Made by a program: the position numbers and the translations under genes
From: a virus
IMG/VR virus record: IMGVR_UViG_3300000948_000001
Coordinates: 1 to 44,732 of that record
Direction: 5' to 3' (one strand)
DNA: 44,732 nucleotides
In this document: positions 15,601 to 25,748 of the stretch, piece after piece
Numbering within the stretch: the first letter of the stretch is position 1
Layout of the letters: each line of letters starts with the position of its first letter
The notes under the pieces: model-generated
Database searches by the model: none
Told to the model about the DNA's origin: nothing
Seen by the model: the letters and a program-made list of their open reading frames with translations, nothing else

Positions 15601-17075
15601 TGACAATCTCATTTTCTCAAGTACCTAGCAACCAAAAGGTGCCGTTGTTTTATGCTGAGTTCGATAACTCAAACGCATCAACATCCGGCTCCGGATCATT
15701 GGAAGCTTTACTTATTGGACAAAAATTGCCAACGGGAACAAAGCCAGCTCTCGAAGCTGTAACCGTTACAAGTGCGTCAAACGCTAAAACATTTTTCGGG
15801 GCGGGCTCAATGCTTGCACGTATGGCTGAAAAATACCTGCAAAACAATTCTAGCAATAGGCTTGTTTGTGTTGCTTTAGAAGACCTAGGTGCGGGTGTTG
15901 CAGCTACTTCTAAACTAACAATTGCAGGGACAGCAACGGCAGCCGGAATCTTAGTTGTTTACACTGGTGGGCGTAAGTACTCTTACGGTGTTGCGGCTTC
16001 TGATACAGCGGCAGACATTGCAACTGGTTTAGCGGCAATGATCAACGCCGATCAAGAACGAGCGGTTGACGCAGTAGCGGCAGCTGACGATGTTGACTTG
16101 ACTGCAAGAAACGCTGGTGTTGTTGGTAACTCTTTAGCTTTAGAAGTTAACTTCTTCGACGGTGACGAGTTACCACAAGGAATCACAACAACAACAACAC
16201 CTTTTGCTAACGGTGCCGGAAATCCTGAAGTTGCAGACGTTTTCACTGTAATTGGTGAAGATCAATACACTTTGATTGCTAGTCCTTATAGAGATACTGC
16301 AAACTTAGTAGCTACTGAAACAGAGTTAACTAGTCGCTTTGGTGCGGTTCGTCAAAACGATGGTTATGCAGTTTACGCAGCAAAAGACAACCTAAGTTCT
16401 CTTTCGACATTAGGCGACTCAAGAAACTCACAGTTCACTACAATTGTAGGTTACCAAGGTGGGTTGAATGACGAAGCTGAAGTTGCAGCGGCGACAGTAG
16501 GCTCAATCATTTTGCCAGCTGAGAATGATCCGGCTAGACCGTTTCAAACTTTGGTTCTCTCTGGAATTTTTGCTCCTAAAAAAGTTGACCAATTCACTGT
16601 TTCCGAAAAACAAATTTTACTTTGTGACGGTATTGCTACAACTCGTGTTTCACCGGGTGGTGATGTTCTAATTGAAAGATTGGTTACAACTTTTAAAAAG
16701 AACGCTTTTGGAAGTCCTGATAACAGCTATATGGATTTAAACACTCCATTGACATTGTCTTTACTTCGCAAGGAAGTTCGTGCAATGACTGAAAGCAAGT
16801 ATCCAAGACACAAACTAGGTAACGACGGCGAAAACTTTGCAGCTGGACAAGCTATCATCACTCCTAACACTTATAGATCTGAGTTAGTTGTTTTGGCAGT
16901 TAGTTGGGTTCGTAGAGGATTGATTGAAAACATTGAAGCTTTCAAAGAAGGTCTTATTGTTGAGCGTAACGAGGATGATCCAAACAGATTGGACGTTTGT
17001 ATGCCGCCTGACCTTGTTAACCAGTTAAGAGTGGTTGGTATGAAGATAGCTTTTTTACTACAAGGGAGTAACTAA
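15600..17075 (+). CDS. contractile tail sheath protein (Mu gpL-like)
   Basis: Size of 491 aa, N-terminal VPLFYAEFDNS motif, position before the tube gene. Confidence 0.85.
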   Translation: MTISFSQVPSNQKVPLFYAEFDNSNASTSGSGSLEALLIGQKLPTGTKPALEAVTVTSASNAKTFFGAGSMLARMAEKYLQNNSSNRLVCVALEDLGAGVAATSKLTIAGTATAAGILVVYTGGRKYSYGVAASDTAADIATGLAAMINADQERAVDAVAAADDVDLTARNAGVVGNSLALEVNFFDGDELPQGITTTTTPFANGAGNPEVADVFTVIGEDQYTLIASPYRDTANLVATETELTSRFGAVRQNDGYAVYAAKDNLSSLSTLGDSRNSQFTTIVGYQGGLNDEAEVAAATVGSIILPAENDPARPFQTLVLSGIFAPKKVDQFTVSEKQILLCDGIATTRVSPGGDVLIERLVTTFKKNAFGSPDNSYMDLNTPLTLSLLRKEVRAMTESKYPRHKLGNDGENFAAGQAIITPNTYRSELVVLAVSWVRRGLIENIEAFKEGLIVERNEDDPNRLDVCMPPDLVNQLRVVGMKIAFLLQGSN

Positions 17076-17449
17076 TGGCGACAGGAACAGCTAATAGAGT
17101 CGGTGGTATAATTTTCGTAAGAGCTAACGGTGTTCAATACCGTGCTAAAGGCTCATGGAGTTATAACCTTGGACAACCAATGAGAGAGGAAGTTGTAGGA
17201 AGTGATTCAGTTCACGGCTTCAAAGAGACTCCACAAGCTCCATACATTTCAGGTGCGATCACTGATTCTAGTGATTTGAACATGACTGAGCTTTTGAATA
17301 TCTGTGATGCTACCGTACAGCTAGAACTATCCAACGGAAAGATTGTTGTTTTAGAACAAGCATTCTTTTCTGGTGAAGGTTCTGCCTCTACTGAAGAAGG
17401 TGAAATTGAAGCTAAATTCATCGGAATTTCAGCTCAAGAAGTTCGTTAA
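17075..17449 (+). CDS. tail tube protein (Mu gpM-like)
   Basis: 124 aa. The pattern G.I.VRA.G......KG.W.YN.G...RE.V.G.D.VHGF.E is typical of Mu-type tube proteins. Confidence 0.8.
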   Translation: MATGTANRVGGIIFVRANGVQYRAKGSWSYNLGQPMREEVVGSDSVHGFKETPQAPYISGAITDSSDLNMTELLNICDATVQLELSNGKIVVLEQAFFSGEGSASTEEGEIEAKFIGISAQEVR

Positions 17450-17455
17450 CAATCG

Positions 17456-17478
17456 GGGGAAGTTTCGGCTTCCCCTTT
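17456..17478 (+). terminator. possible weak terminator or attenuator hairpin
   Basis: GGGGAAG / CTTCCCC stem followed by only TTT. Confidence 0.4.
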
Positions 17479-17501
17479 AACTTCATGAAAGGGCCAATAT
17501 C

Positions 17502-17789
17502 ATGAGTGAACCTACAAGCAAACAAAACACTATAATTTTAAAGTATCCTGTGAAACTAGGATCTATGGACGAAGTTAAGGTGCTTAATTTTTCAAGAATT
17601 AAGGGAAAACACCTACGTGGTTTTAATATGACCAATCCCTCTATGGATGATCTTATGGAACTTGCGGAAAAACTTACAATGCAGACTACTTCATTTTTTG
17701 ATGAACTAGACGGTGTTGACGTTATGAAGGTGCTAGAAAAAGTGGGAAACTTATTGGAGAGTTCCCCCGTGACTGGAAACTCGCACTAG
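17502..17789 (+). CDS. tail assembly chaperone (P2 E / Mu gp41 family), 0-frame product
   Basis: Position between tube and tape measure, 95 aa, pattern typical of the E/gp41/gp14 chaperone family. Confidence 0.75.
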   Translation: MSEPTSKQNTIILKYPVKLGSMDEVKVLNFSRIKGKHLRGFNMTNPSMDDLMELAEKLTMQTTSFFDELDGVDVMKVLEKVGNLLESSPVTGNSH

Positions 17790-17917
17790 GAAACCTTGCA
17801 TATAATTTTCATTTTACAGCTACTGAGATGATGGAATTTACAGCCGAAGATATAAGATTTTGGCACGAAGTTCTAAACGAACAAGTTAAGGAGTTAAATA
17901 AAAATGCCGGCAGATGA
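17744..17917 (+). CDS. -1 frameshift extension of the tail assembly chaperone (E+E'-like product)
   Basis: The canonical slippery heptamer G_GGA_AAC (17744..17750) lies in the correct phase. The -1 frame is open from 17720 to the TGA at 17915..17917 and overlaps the tape measure start. Confidence 0.65.
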   Translation, partial: GKLIGEFPRDWKLALGNLAYNFHFTATEMMEFTAEDIRFWHEVLNEQVKELNKNAGR

Positions 17918-19889
17918 TTTACGGTTACGGATTACAGCGGTTGATAGGGTTTCAAAAACTATCAACAAAATTGTATTCGCAATAAATAAAATTAATCGTG
18001 CTAGCAAAGGCGTTAACTCCAAATTCTCTAAAATGGATCAAAGACTTAGGATCATTGGTCAAACGGCTACAAAATTCGGTAAGAAGATGCAGGCATTTGG
18101 CGGGAACTTAACTAGAAAGTTAACCCTGCCAATTGGTGTTTTTGCTGGTTTTGCAACCAAAAAATTTGCAGACGTTGAGCAAGGCTTTATCAACGTAAGA
18201 AAAACTACTGGCCTTGCATTAAAAGATATTGAAAAATCTATATTCGGGATAAGTAAAAGAATCCCAGTATCCATTGAGATGCTAAATGAAATCGCCGGAG
18301 CCGCTGGACAGCTAGGGGTTAAGGGTAAACAAAACATTGAAAAATTTACTGAGACTTTTGCCAAACTACAAATAGCCTCAGATGTTAAAGGTGAAGACGG
18401 TGCAAAGTCCATAGCCAGAATACTCACCGTTACAGGTGACGGGGTTAAAACCATTGACCGATTTTCTTCGGCACTTGTAGACCTCGGTAATAATTCAGCT
18501 GCCGGTGAAGCCGAGATACTTAATATTGCGACAGCCGTATCAACTTCAACCTCCATGTTTAAACTAGGATCGGCCAATGTCCTTGGCATATCAGCTGCCT
18601 TAAAATCATTAGGTCAAAAAGATCAAGCCGCTGGGACCGTTCTAGGTAAGGTTTTTGCCGCTATAGATAAGTCCATAAGAAGGGGCGGAAGACCTTTAGA
18701 ACAATTGATTGCTTTAACAGGTAAGACGCAGGAAGAACTATCTAAACAATTCGATACTGACTCAGCTGGTCTTTTTACCGAGCTTGTTGCTTCGTTAGCT
18801 TCTAAAGGCAAAAGGGGTTTAGAAGCACTTGAAAACATGGGCGTCAAAGGCGACCGTGTAACTAAGGTAATGGGAACGTTAATTAAAAATCACGGCTTAC
18901 TAGAAAAGTCGATGAAAAGATCTAACAAGGCTTATGAGGATAACGTCGCTTTAAGCATTGAAGTAGCCGAACAAAGTAAGTCATTTAATGCCTCTATGGT
19001 AGCTTTTAGAAATGCCGTAACCCGACTTCAGTTTAAACTTGGTAAAGCACTTGCTCCGGCAATTCTTTGGGTTACAAAAAGACTTGCTGGAATGATGAAG
19101 TTTTTAGAAGACAATCCTACTATCGCAAAATTCGCTTTTGTATTAGGCGGGGTTTTGGCTGTCATGGGACCATTGATCGCAGCATTAGGTACTTTTATAA
19201 GCACCGTTGGCGGTATTCTATTAATGAAGGGCGTGATTACAGCATTAGGGATAAGTATTGGTTCTATACTTTTAGTTGCTGCAAAGTTTGTTTTAATCGG
19301 TGTTGCGATTGCAAGTGTTGCTAACTTGATTTATAAAGCTTGGAATCCTGTAAAAGAGTTTTTTAAAACACTTTGGAACGATCCGAGTCAAGCTATACAA
19401 GTGTTCTCAGCATTTATAGCTTCTGCTTTTAGTGCCAGTTTAGCCGACGATATCATGGAAAACTGGGGCAAAGTTGAAGACTTTTTTACAAGCTTGTGGG
19501 ATATACCAATGGCTGCAGCTGAAAAGTTTTTCGGTGTTTTGGATGGTATTAAAGAGACTGCTAGGGGAGCTTTTTTAACAGCTCAAGACGCACTGCCTTC
19601 TGTTTTTGGAACAGCTTCCGACAGTGCCGAACAACCGATACCAAGACAAAATAAAGTGGAAGTAAAAAACCTACAAGACATAGGATTTAAAAACTTATCT
19701 GAACTTCAAAGAAGCATTGGTGCTAAACAAATTAAGAAGCAAGCTGACAATAGAGAATTTTTAACGAGAACAAACAACGCAAGGGTTTCCCTTGATTTTA
19801 AAAACAAACCAGAGAACCTTTCTGTTAAATCTCAAAAAGATTCCTCTGAGTTTTTGGATATTAATAATGGTTTATTGGGGGCTTTATAA
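17904..19889 (+). CDS. tail tape measure protein
   Basis: 661 aa, helical N-terminal half, hydrophobic glycine-rich central segments, position after the chaperone pair. Confidence 0.85.
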   Translation: MPADDLRLRITAVDRVSKTINKIVFAINKINRASKGVNSKFSKMDQRLRIIGQTATKFGKKMQAFGGNLTRKLTLPIGVFAGFATKKFADVEQGFINVRKTTGLALKDIEKSIFGISKRIPVSIEMLNEIAGAAGQLGVKGKQNIEKFTETFAKLQIASDVKGEDGAKSIARILTVTGDGVKTIDRFSSALVDLGNNSAAGEAEILNIATAVSTSTSMFKLGSANVLGISAALKSLGQKDQAAGTVLGKVFAAIDKSIRRGGRPLEQLIALTGKTQEELSKQFDTDSAGLFTELVASLASKGKRGLEALENMGVKGDRVTKVMGTLIKNHGLLEKSMKRSNKAYEDNVALSIEVAEQSKSFNASMVAFRNAVTRLQFKLGKALAPAILWVTKRLAGMMKFLEDNPTIAKFAFVLGGVLAVMGPLIAALGTFISTVGGILLMKGVITALGISIGSILLVAAKFVLIGVAIASVANLIYKAWNPVKEFFKTLWNDPSQAIQVFSAFIASAFSASLADDIMENWGKVEDFFTSLWDIPMAAAEKFFGVLDGIKETARGAFLTAQDALPSVFGTASDSAEQPIPRQNKVEVKNLQDIGFKNLSELQRSIGAKQIKKQADNREFLTRTNNARVSLDFKNKPENLSVKSQKDSSEFLDINNGLLGAL

Positions 19890-21101
19890 ATGGCTAACCA
19901 AAACGGCTGGAGACGAAACTTAAGGCCAGCGAGCTTTAGAAACCTATCTTTTTTTATTGATATTTCATCGCTCACAACTGGTCGTAAAATTGTATTACAC
20001 GAGTACCCTGATAGGGCACTTGGTTTTCCAGAAGATTTAGGGAAGATCCCCAGAAGCTTCAAACTTGATTGCCATATAATCGGTGATGATTACTTTGAAC
20101 AAAAACGACTTCTTATTGAAGCCTTTGAGAGGCAAGGCACTGGGGAATTAGTCCACCCGTATTACGGCACGTTGATTGTTCAAACAGGAACAGTTACAGT
20201 GAACGAGGATACTGGACAGGGACGTATTGCGGCGTTCAGTGTCCAGTGTTACGAAGCCGGCGACAATACATTTCCAAACAACATACAAGACAAAGCTGCG
20301 GTTTTAAGAGACAGAACCGAAACCTTACAACAAGTTGCTAAACAAGAGTTTGATGAAAACTTTTCAATAGTTTCATTACCGGGGTTTGCAGTGGACTCAG
20401 CAAGAGCTAAAATATCAGAAGTGTCTCTATTGTTTGATCAATCGACTCAAGGATTCGTAACCTTGAGTGAAGAAGCTAGTAGGTTGGCTTTTGGCACTAG
20501 GAACCTAATAGCTGAAACTGATGATCTACTTCAAGGCCCTGAAGTTTTGAGCAATAGGCTATTGGGTTCTTTTTCTCTTTTAAACGATACGCTTGCATCA
20601 GTTAGAGATAGGTTTACAGCCGCAAGGGCTTTTACCCGTGTTGGATCTAATGACGAGCCAATTCCAGAGACAACTGAAACTAGAAAAGCTCAAGCTAGAA
20701 ACAATCAGGTTTTTAATACCTTTATTACTCAGGTTGCTATCTCAAACCTAGCTAGTAATGCAATCGAAATAGACTATGACAACATAGAAGAAGCTAACCA
20801 AGCGAGGCAAGAAATCAGTGCCTTGATAGCAAGCCAACTAGAATCGACTCAAAATGATGACATATATCAAGCCCTACTCGATTTAAACGCTGTTTTAGTT
20901 CGGTCACTGCCTGATATTGATGCGGACTTGCCAAACATTGAAAGCTTTACAACAAACCAAGCAACCAACTCATTGGTTGTGGTTTACAACCTTTTTGAAA
21001 ACTTGGACTCAGAACAAGACTTAATCAGAAGAAACAATATCAAAAACCCTGCAATCATATCCGATTGCACCGAGCTAGAGGTATTGGATGTCAATAGGTA
21101 G
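19890..21101 (+). CDS. DNA circulation protein (Mu gpN-like) tail/baseplate protein
   Basis: W...L.PASFR...F......GRK...HEYP.R....EDLG+..R.F.....I.GDDY....L..A.E..G.GELVHP..G matches the DNA-circulation N-terminal domain signature. Confidence 0.85.
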   Translation: MANQNGWRRNLRPASFRNLSFFIDISSLTTGRKIVLHEYPDRALGFPEDLGKIPRSFKLDCHIIGDDYFEQKRLLIEAFERQGTGELVHPYYGTLIVQTGTVTVNEDTGQGRIAAFSVQCYEAGDNTFPNNIQDKAAVLRDRTETLQQVAKQEFDENFSIVSLPGFAVDSARAKISEVSLLFDQSTQGFVTLSEEASRLAFGTRNLIAETDDLLQGPEVLSNRLLGSFSLLNDTLASVRDRFTAARAFTRVGSNDEPIPETTETRKAQARNNQVFNTFITQVAISNLASNAIEIDYDNIEEANQARQEISALIASQLESTQNDDIYQALLDLNAVLVRSLPDIDADLPNIESFTTNQATNSLVVVYNLFENLDSEQDLIRRNNIKNPAIISDCTELEVLDVNR

Positions 21102-22173
21102 GACATCGGTATCAGTGAGAGGAAGAACTATAGATGACTCTGTGGTTCTTCTGGTAAACAGTCAGGTTTTTTCTGGTTGGACATCAGTGAGTATTAATCG
21201 ACGCCTTAACTCGGTTGCTAGCTCTTTTAACGTAACTCTTACAGACCGCTGGACATCAAATGCAAGGCCAATAGGAATTGCTAGGGGGCAGTCTTTTTGC
21301 CTTCAAGTTGGTGGCCGTGTTGTAATGAACGGGTTTATAGATTCAGTTGCTTCTTCTATAAGTTCATCGAGCAGAACAATTGTTGTTTCGGGTAGATCCC
21401 TTGCAGGTGATCTAGTGGATTGCTCTTACGTTGGCACGAGTCAGTTTAGAGATAACCCGACAATGCAGACCGTTGTTGAAAAAATGCTTGAACCGTTTAA
21501 CATCAAAGCAATATTCAATTCAGATGGTGGTAGTTTTGAAAAAGTTGATATACGTCAGGGCGAGAAGGTTGCTGAAGTCATCGACAGAATGGCTAGAGAG
21601 AAAAATCTCATTGTCTATTCTGACTTTGATGGGAACCTTGTTTTTGATGTCAATTCTAGTGCTAGGTCAAATTCTGAGATTCACCAAGGGGTTAACCTAC
21701 TTTCGGCAACGGTTGAGAGAAACAATACTGATAGGTTTTCAGAATATATCATCAAGGGCCAGACTTCCGGCATCATCGGCAATCCTGAAAACGCAACCTC
21801 CAACACTGGAACAGCCACAGACTCCGGAGTTACTAGGTATAGACCTTTACTTTTACTAGGTGAAAACTCAGTCAATTCTTCTGACGCATCTCAACGTGCT
21901 TCTTATGAAGCTGATATAAGAGCCGCAAAGTCAGAGATTTTTAACGTAACTGTTCAAGGTTGGTTTCAGCGTGATGGTAGCCTTTGGGATATTAATAAAA
22001 TCGTAGGATTGAGATCAAGCTATTTAGACCATGACGGCGATCTATTAATTGATAGCGTGAATTTTACTAAAAGCAATTCAGGGACGTTTACCGATCTTAG
22101 TTTAGTTCGGCCCGATGCCTATCAGTTTTTGCCAGCGGTGCCTAAATCTTCAGATGATGGGATTGTAAGGTAA
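21088..22173 (+). CDS. baseplate hub / tail protein (Mu gpP-like, gpD-like)
   Basis: Size and position between the gpN-like and gp45-like genes. Confidence 0.65.
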   Translation: MSIGRTSVSVRGRTIDDSVVLLVNSQVFSGWTSVSINRRLNSVASSFNVTLTDRWTSNARPIGIARGQSFCLQVGGRVVMNGFIDSVASSISSSSRTIVVSGRSLAGDLVDCSYVGTSQFRDNPTMQTVVEKMLEPFNIKAIFNSDGGSFEKVDIRQGEKVAEVIDRMAREKNLIVYSDFDGNLVFDVNSSARSNSEIHQGVNLLSATVERNNTDRFSEYIIKGQTSGIIGNPENATSNTGTATDSGVTRYRPLLLLGENSVNSSDASQRASYEADIRAAKSEIFNVTVQGWFQRDGSLWDINKIVGLRSSYLDHDGDLLIDSVNFTKSNSGTFTDLSLVRPDAYQFLPAVPKSSDDGIVR

Positions 22174-22724
22174 TGGAAAAATTTCTAAGTGTAATGAATA
22201 GAATACTCGCACCCATCAAACGTGAAATGCGGACTATGATCGTAAGGGGTATCGTTCGTATCATCACAGAAGATTCAAAAATTCAGGTGTTTCAAGTCGA
22301 GTCGTTCCAAGACGATGTAAGAGATGACGTTGAGCACTTTCAAACCTTTGGTTTTAAATCCCACACACCGGCGAATAGTGAAGTTATTATGTTGAACGTG
22401 GGTGGGAGTAATGAGCACTCGGTTGTTGTAGCAACTGAAAACCGTGAAGCATTGAGTAACCTTGATCCTTTGGAAGAAGGTGACTCCATAATATACAACA
22501 AAGGTGGTGCTAGCCTTCTTCTAAAAGAAAAAAACATTGAAGCCTCGATTGATAAAATCAAAATAGAAAACGATAGCAATGAGCTTATCGCCGTATTAAT
22601 TGAGTGGCTTGATCAAGCTATTGTAAATAGAAATATAACTGCAATCGGCCCACAGCCTTTGTTTCCCGCTGATGTGGTTGAAATGCAAAAAATTAAAGCT
22701 AAATTGGAGACGTTTAAATTATGA
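22173..22724 (+). CDS. baseplate spike/assembly protein V (Mu gp45-like)
   Basis: R.M..RG.V..I.......QV......DDVE.FQ.FGF.S.....SEV...N.GG...HSVV.A pattern. Confidence 0.8.
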   Translation: MEKFLSVMNRILAPIKREMRTMIVRGIVRIITEDSKIQVFQVESFQDDVRDDVEHFQTFGFKSHTPANSEVIMLNVGGSNEHSVVVATENREALSNLDPLEEGDSIIYNKGGASLLLKEKNIEASIDKIKIENDSNELIAVLIEWLDQAIVNRNITAIGPQPLFPADVVEMQKIKAKLETFKL

Positions 22725-22930
22725 TGACTGGTGCGGCTATGGCGGCCTTAATTGTCCAAAATATTAAAGCAGTAAACGGTGATGTTGACTCGGATCAAGA
22801 AACTTTGCTTTTGGCTCACTGGGAACCAATTTGTGATGGAATTATATTACATATCCAAACAACCGCAGTGGTTACAACAACGGTTGCAGGTGGTTCATCA
22901 AGCGGCTCACATCCGGGGGTAATACTATGA
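22721..22930 (+). CDS. hypothetical small baseplate-module protein (69 aa)
   Basis: ATGA-coupled ORF within the baseplate module. Confidence 0.5.
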   Translation: MMTGAAMAALIVQNIKAVNGDVDSDQETLLLAHWEPICDGIILHIQTTAVVTTTVAGGSSSGSHPGVIL

Positions 22931-23415
22931 CAGATGGAAGAGACATAGCGATCACAATCGAGCAAGGTTGTTATGACCTTAGACTAAGAGACGGTGATTT
23001 ACTTGGTGACGCTGGGTTAGAAACTTCGATCATCATAGCTTTGTTCACTGATAGGCGTGTTACTCAAGAGCAATTACCTGAATTTCAAACAGACCGCAAA
23101 GGATGGTGGGGTGACTTGATTCCAGTTGTTGACGGCGATCAAATTGGATCAAGGCTTTGGACTCTCGATAGGTCAAAAATATCTAATGAAACTCTTAGGT
23201 TACACGAAGACTATACCAGAGAAGCCTTACAGCATTTTATAGAGGATGGAGTTGCCGATTCCATAGCTGTCGAGGCTAACTACAATGATGACTTTCACCT
23301 AATTTTAGATATTGATATCATAAGACCAGAGAATCAAAACACTAGATTTAATATTGTTTGGGATAACCAATCAAACGTACTTTTAAATGGGGAAGCTTTT
23401 AATGCCGTTCAATAG
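22927..23415 (+). CDS. baseplate protein, phage GP46 family (gpW-like)
   Basis: LETSIIIALFTDRR.......D.KGWWGD......GSRLW.L.RSK...ETL matches the GP46 family signature. Confidence 0.85.
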   Translation: MTDGRDIAITIEQGCYDLRLRDGDLLGDAGLETSIIIALFTDRRVTQEQLPEFQTDRKGWWGDLIPVVDGDQIGSRLWTLDRSKISNETLRLHEDYTREALQHFIEDGVADSIAVEANYNDDFHLILDIDIIRPENQNTRFNIVWDNQSNVLLNGEAFNAVQ

Positions 23416-24502
23416 ACCAAGTTTAGAACAAATAAACGAGCGAGTCGAAAATCAGATTAAAGGTTTACTCGGTATTACAGTTATACTTAGACGATCTTTT
23501 ATTTCTGTAATATCGAGAGTTATTTCGGGTGTGTCTCATTTGTGGCACGGTCACCTTGATTATAACTCAAGACAGTTTTTACCAACGACAATGGACGAAG
23601 AAAACCTTATTGCATACGGCGGCATTTGGGGAATACCTAGAAACGAAGCCGTTGCAGGAATTTACTCTTTAACCGTTTTGGGTGTTGATAACACCAGCAT
23701 ACCATTAAATACAGTTTTTAGAAGATCGGATGGACAAGAATATTTTAGTCGGCAATCGGGTGTCGTTTTAAACGGCTCGACGTTAATAGAAGTAGTCGCA
23801 AACGAGGCAGGGCTGACGAGCGAATTAAGTAATAACGATATCGTAGAGCTTTTAAATCCGATTGCCGGACTAGAATCAGAAGCTACCGTTCAAAGTGCGA
23901 TCATAGAACCAGAAGATATTGAATCTATTGATGCATACAGATCTAGGGTTATTGACAGAATTAGAAACCCTATTTCGGGTGGCACTGCGAGTGACTATAT
24001 ACAGTGGGCTAGGGAAGTTGCTGGAGTAACAAGGGCATGGGTTTTGCCTCAAAACCTAGGGCCAGGAACCGTTGGGGTAACATTTGTTCAAGACAACCAA
24101 ACTAATATTGTTCCAAGTGCTCCAAAGGTTGAAGAAGTTCAAAATTACATAGATGACCGTAGGCCTGTGACAGCTGATGTAACTGTTTTTGCACCAGTGT
24201 TATTACCCATGGATATGACAATAGCTTTAAACCCAAACACAACCGAGGTTCAAAATAATGTCATAGCTGAAATCGAAGACTTGGTTCTAAGGGACTCAAA
24301 CTTATCGGGTGCATATAAAAATAATGCCGAGCTTTTTGATGGGAAAATATTATTAAGCCGAATCAATGAAGCGGTATCAATAGCCGTTGGTGAAAGCGAT
24401 CACAGAATTGTATCTATTAATGGGGCGACACCTAGTGATGTAGTTCCACCAATGAATAACTTATTAGTACTAGGAAATATTACGTGGCAAACTTTGGCGT
24501 AA
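23402..24502 (+). CDS. baseplate J-like protein (Mu gp47-like)
   Basis: Size and position. ATG 23402 follows a GGGGAAG RBS; the track start is 23387. Confidence 0.8.
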   Translation: MPFNRPSLEQINERVENQIKGLLGITVILRRSFISVISRVISGVSHLWHGHLDYNSRQFLPTTMDEENLIAYGGIWGIPRNEAVAGIYSLTVLGVDNTSIPLNTVFRRSDGQEYFSRQSGVVLNGSTLIEVVANEAGLTSELSNNDIVELLNPIAGLESEATVQSAIIEPEDIESIDAYRSRVIDRIRNPISGGTASDYIQWAREVAGVTRAWVLPQNLGPGTVGVTFVQDNQTNIVPSAPKVEEVQNYIDDRRPVTADVTVFAPVLLPMDMTIALNPNTTEVQNNVIAEIEDLVLRDSNLSGAYKNNAELFDGKILLSRINEAVSIAVGESDHRIVSINGATPSDVVPPMNNLLVLGNITWQTLA

Positions 24503-25131
24503 CAATTAGAGAGAGATACAAAAAGATCGTTGAAGATCTTTGGCCTCAAGGTGTGGCATGGACTCAGATAAGAGAACGTGGCTTATCTATTTTCTCACAG
24601 CTTACATGTTTAATTGCCTCGGAATCTCAACACCTTGATGAACGAGTAGGTGATTTGTTTAGAGAAACGAATCCAAAAACCACGTTTGAAATGCTCACAG
24701 ATTGGGAAGAATTCTTAGAGCTGCCCGATGATTGCACACCCCCCAACGAAGAACCATCACTTAATGATCGAAGAAACCGGCTTTGTCAAAAACTTACAAC
24801 TGGTGGTGGCCAAAACGAAGGATTTTATCAACTCGTTTCAAATCAATTGGGCGTTACAGAAGATATAGAAATTCGAGAATTCGACGACTTCAGAGTGGGC
24901 ACCCAAATGGTTGGTGACAGGTTAACAAATGGAACGAACGCATCTACGGGTTGGACACACACATTTTTAGTTGCAGCTCCAGCAACGTTAACAGAGTTTT
25001 TCCTTGTCGGTCAGTCAACGGTTGGTGAAAGGCTTGTTGATGTTAGCAACGAAACTTTAGAGTGTGTCATTGATAGGTTTAAACCAGCTCATGCAAATGT
25101 AATTTTTGCATTTGGTGATATAGATATATGA
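24484..25131 (+). CDS. baseplate/tail protein, Mu gp48-like (DUF2313/YmfQ)
   Basis: Y..I...LWPQG.AW ... P.TT.EML.DWE..LELPD ... R...L..KL...GGQ pattern; GTG start. Confidence 0.75.
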   Translation: MANFGVTIRERYKKIVEDLWPQGVAWTQIRERGLSIFSQLTCLIASESQHLDERVGDLFRETNPKTTFEMLTDWEEFLELPDDCTPPNEEPSLNDRRNRLCQKLTTGGGQNEGFYQLVSNQLGVTEDIEIREFDDFRVGTQMVGDRLTNGTNASTGWTHTFLVAAPATLTEFFLVGQSTVGERLVDVSNETLECVIDRFKPAHANVIFAFGDIDI

Positions 25132-25161
25132 AAAAATTAAACAAGAAAAAGGAAGGTCATC

Positions 25162-25746
25162 ATGCATAGAACAGAAGCAGATGGGAACACAAACGGGCTT
25201 TACACAGAAGGGGACGCTGCTTTAGGTGTGCCCGCTACTGTTTTTAGTTCGGCAGCTGCAAACTCATTTCAAGAAGAAATTGTGTCGGTGGTTTTGGCTT
25301 CAGGTCAAACCTTACAAACAAGGGATACAGACACTTTTAATCAGCTTTTAGAAGCCGTAAAAGTTCTTATTCAAACTGGTGGAAACACTGAGCCTTCAAC
25401 CCAGCCAATTGGTAACGCTCAAGTTGATCAAGACTTGATAGTTGATGGGTCTGTTTTAGAGTTTGATAGTGCTTTGATTAAAAGTGCTTCTTACTCAATG
25501 AACCTTGTGAGAAATACTGACTCACAATCGCTTGTTGAATCTGGAAAACTGTCTATGACTTACGAACCTAAAAATGGTGTTTGGCTTGTCGAGTCTTCAA
25601 CGTCTTTTGATGACGCTGGTATTTCTTTTGAGATGGCCGTCACGACAGCTGGCAAAGCAAAAGTAACTTATTCAACTACTGATGTAACTGGAACCAGTTA
25701 TTTCGGTGAGCTGACTTTATCTAACTATCAAGAAACGAGGGTGTAA
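25162..25746 (+). CDS. tail fibre protein (proximal part), fibre locus 1
   Basis: N-terminal G.P.TVFSSAAANSFQEEIVSVV.ASGQTL motif, common in Mu/P2-type fibres; follows the baseplate genes. Confidence 0.65.
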   Translation: MHRTEADGNTNGLYTEGDAALGVPATVFSSAAANSFQEEIVSVVLASGQTLQTRDTDTFNQLLEAVKVLIQTGGNTEPSTQPIGNAQVDQDLIVDGSVLEFDSALIKSASYSMNLVRNTDSQSLVESGKLSMTYEPKNGVWLVESSTSFDDAGISFEMAVTTAGKAKVTYSTTDVTGTSYFGELTLSNYQETRV

Positions 25747-25748
25747 CT

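Noticed and set aside
18059-18589. 176-aa ORF on the minus strand inside the tape measure gene. Similar antisense ORFs lie at 28229..28645, 26560..26898, 6618..6953, 43693..44022 and elsewhere.
   Set aside because: Each lies entirely within a well-supported gene on the other strand, has no RBS, and has a low-complexity or hydrophobic shadow-frame composition. I treat them as spurious.
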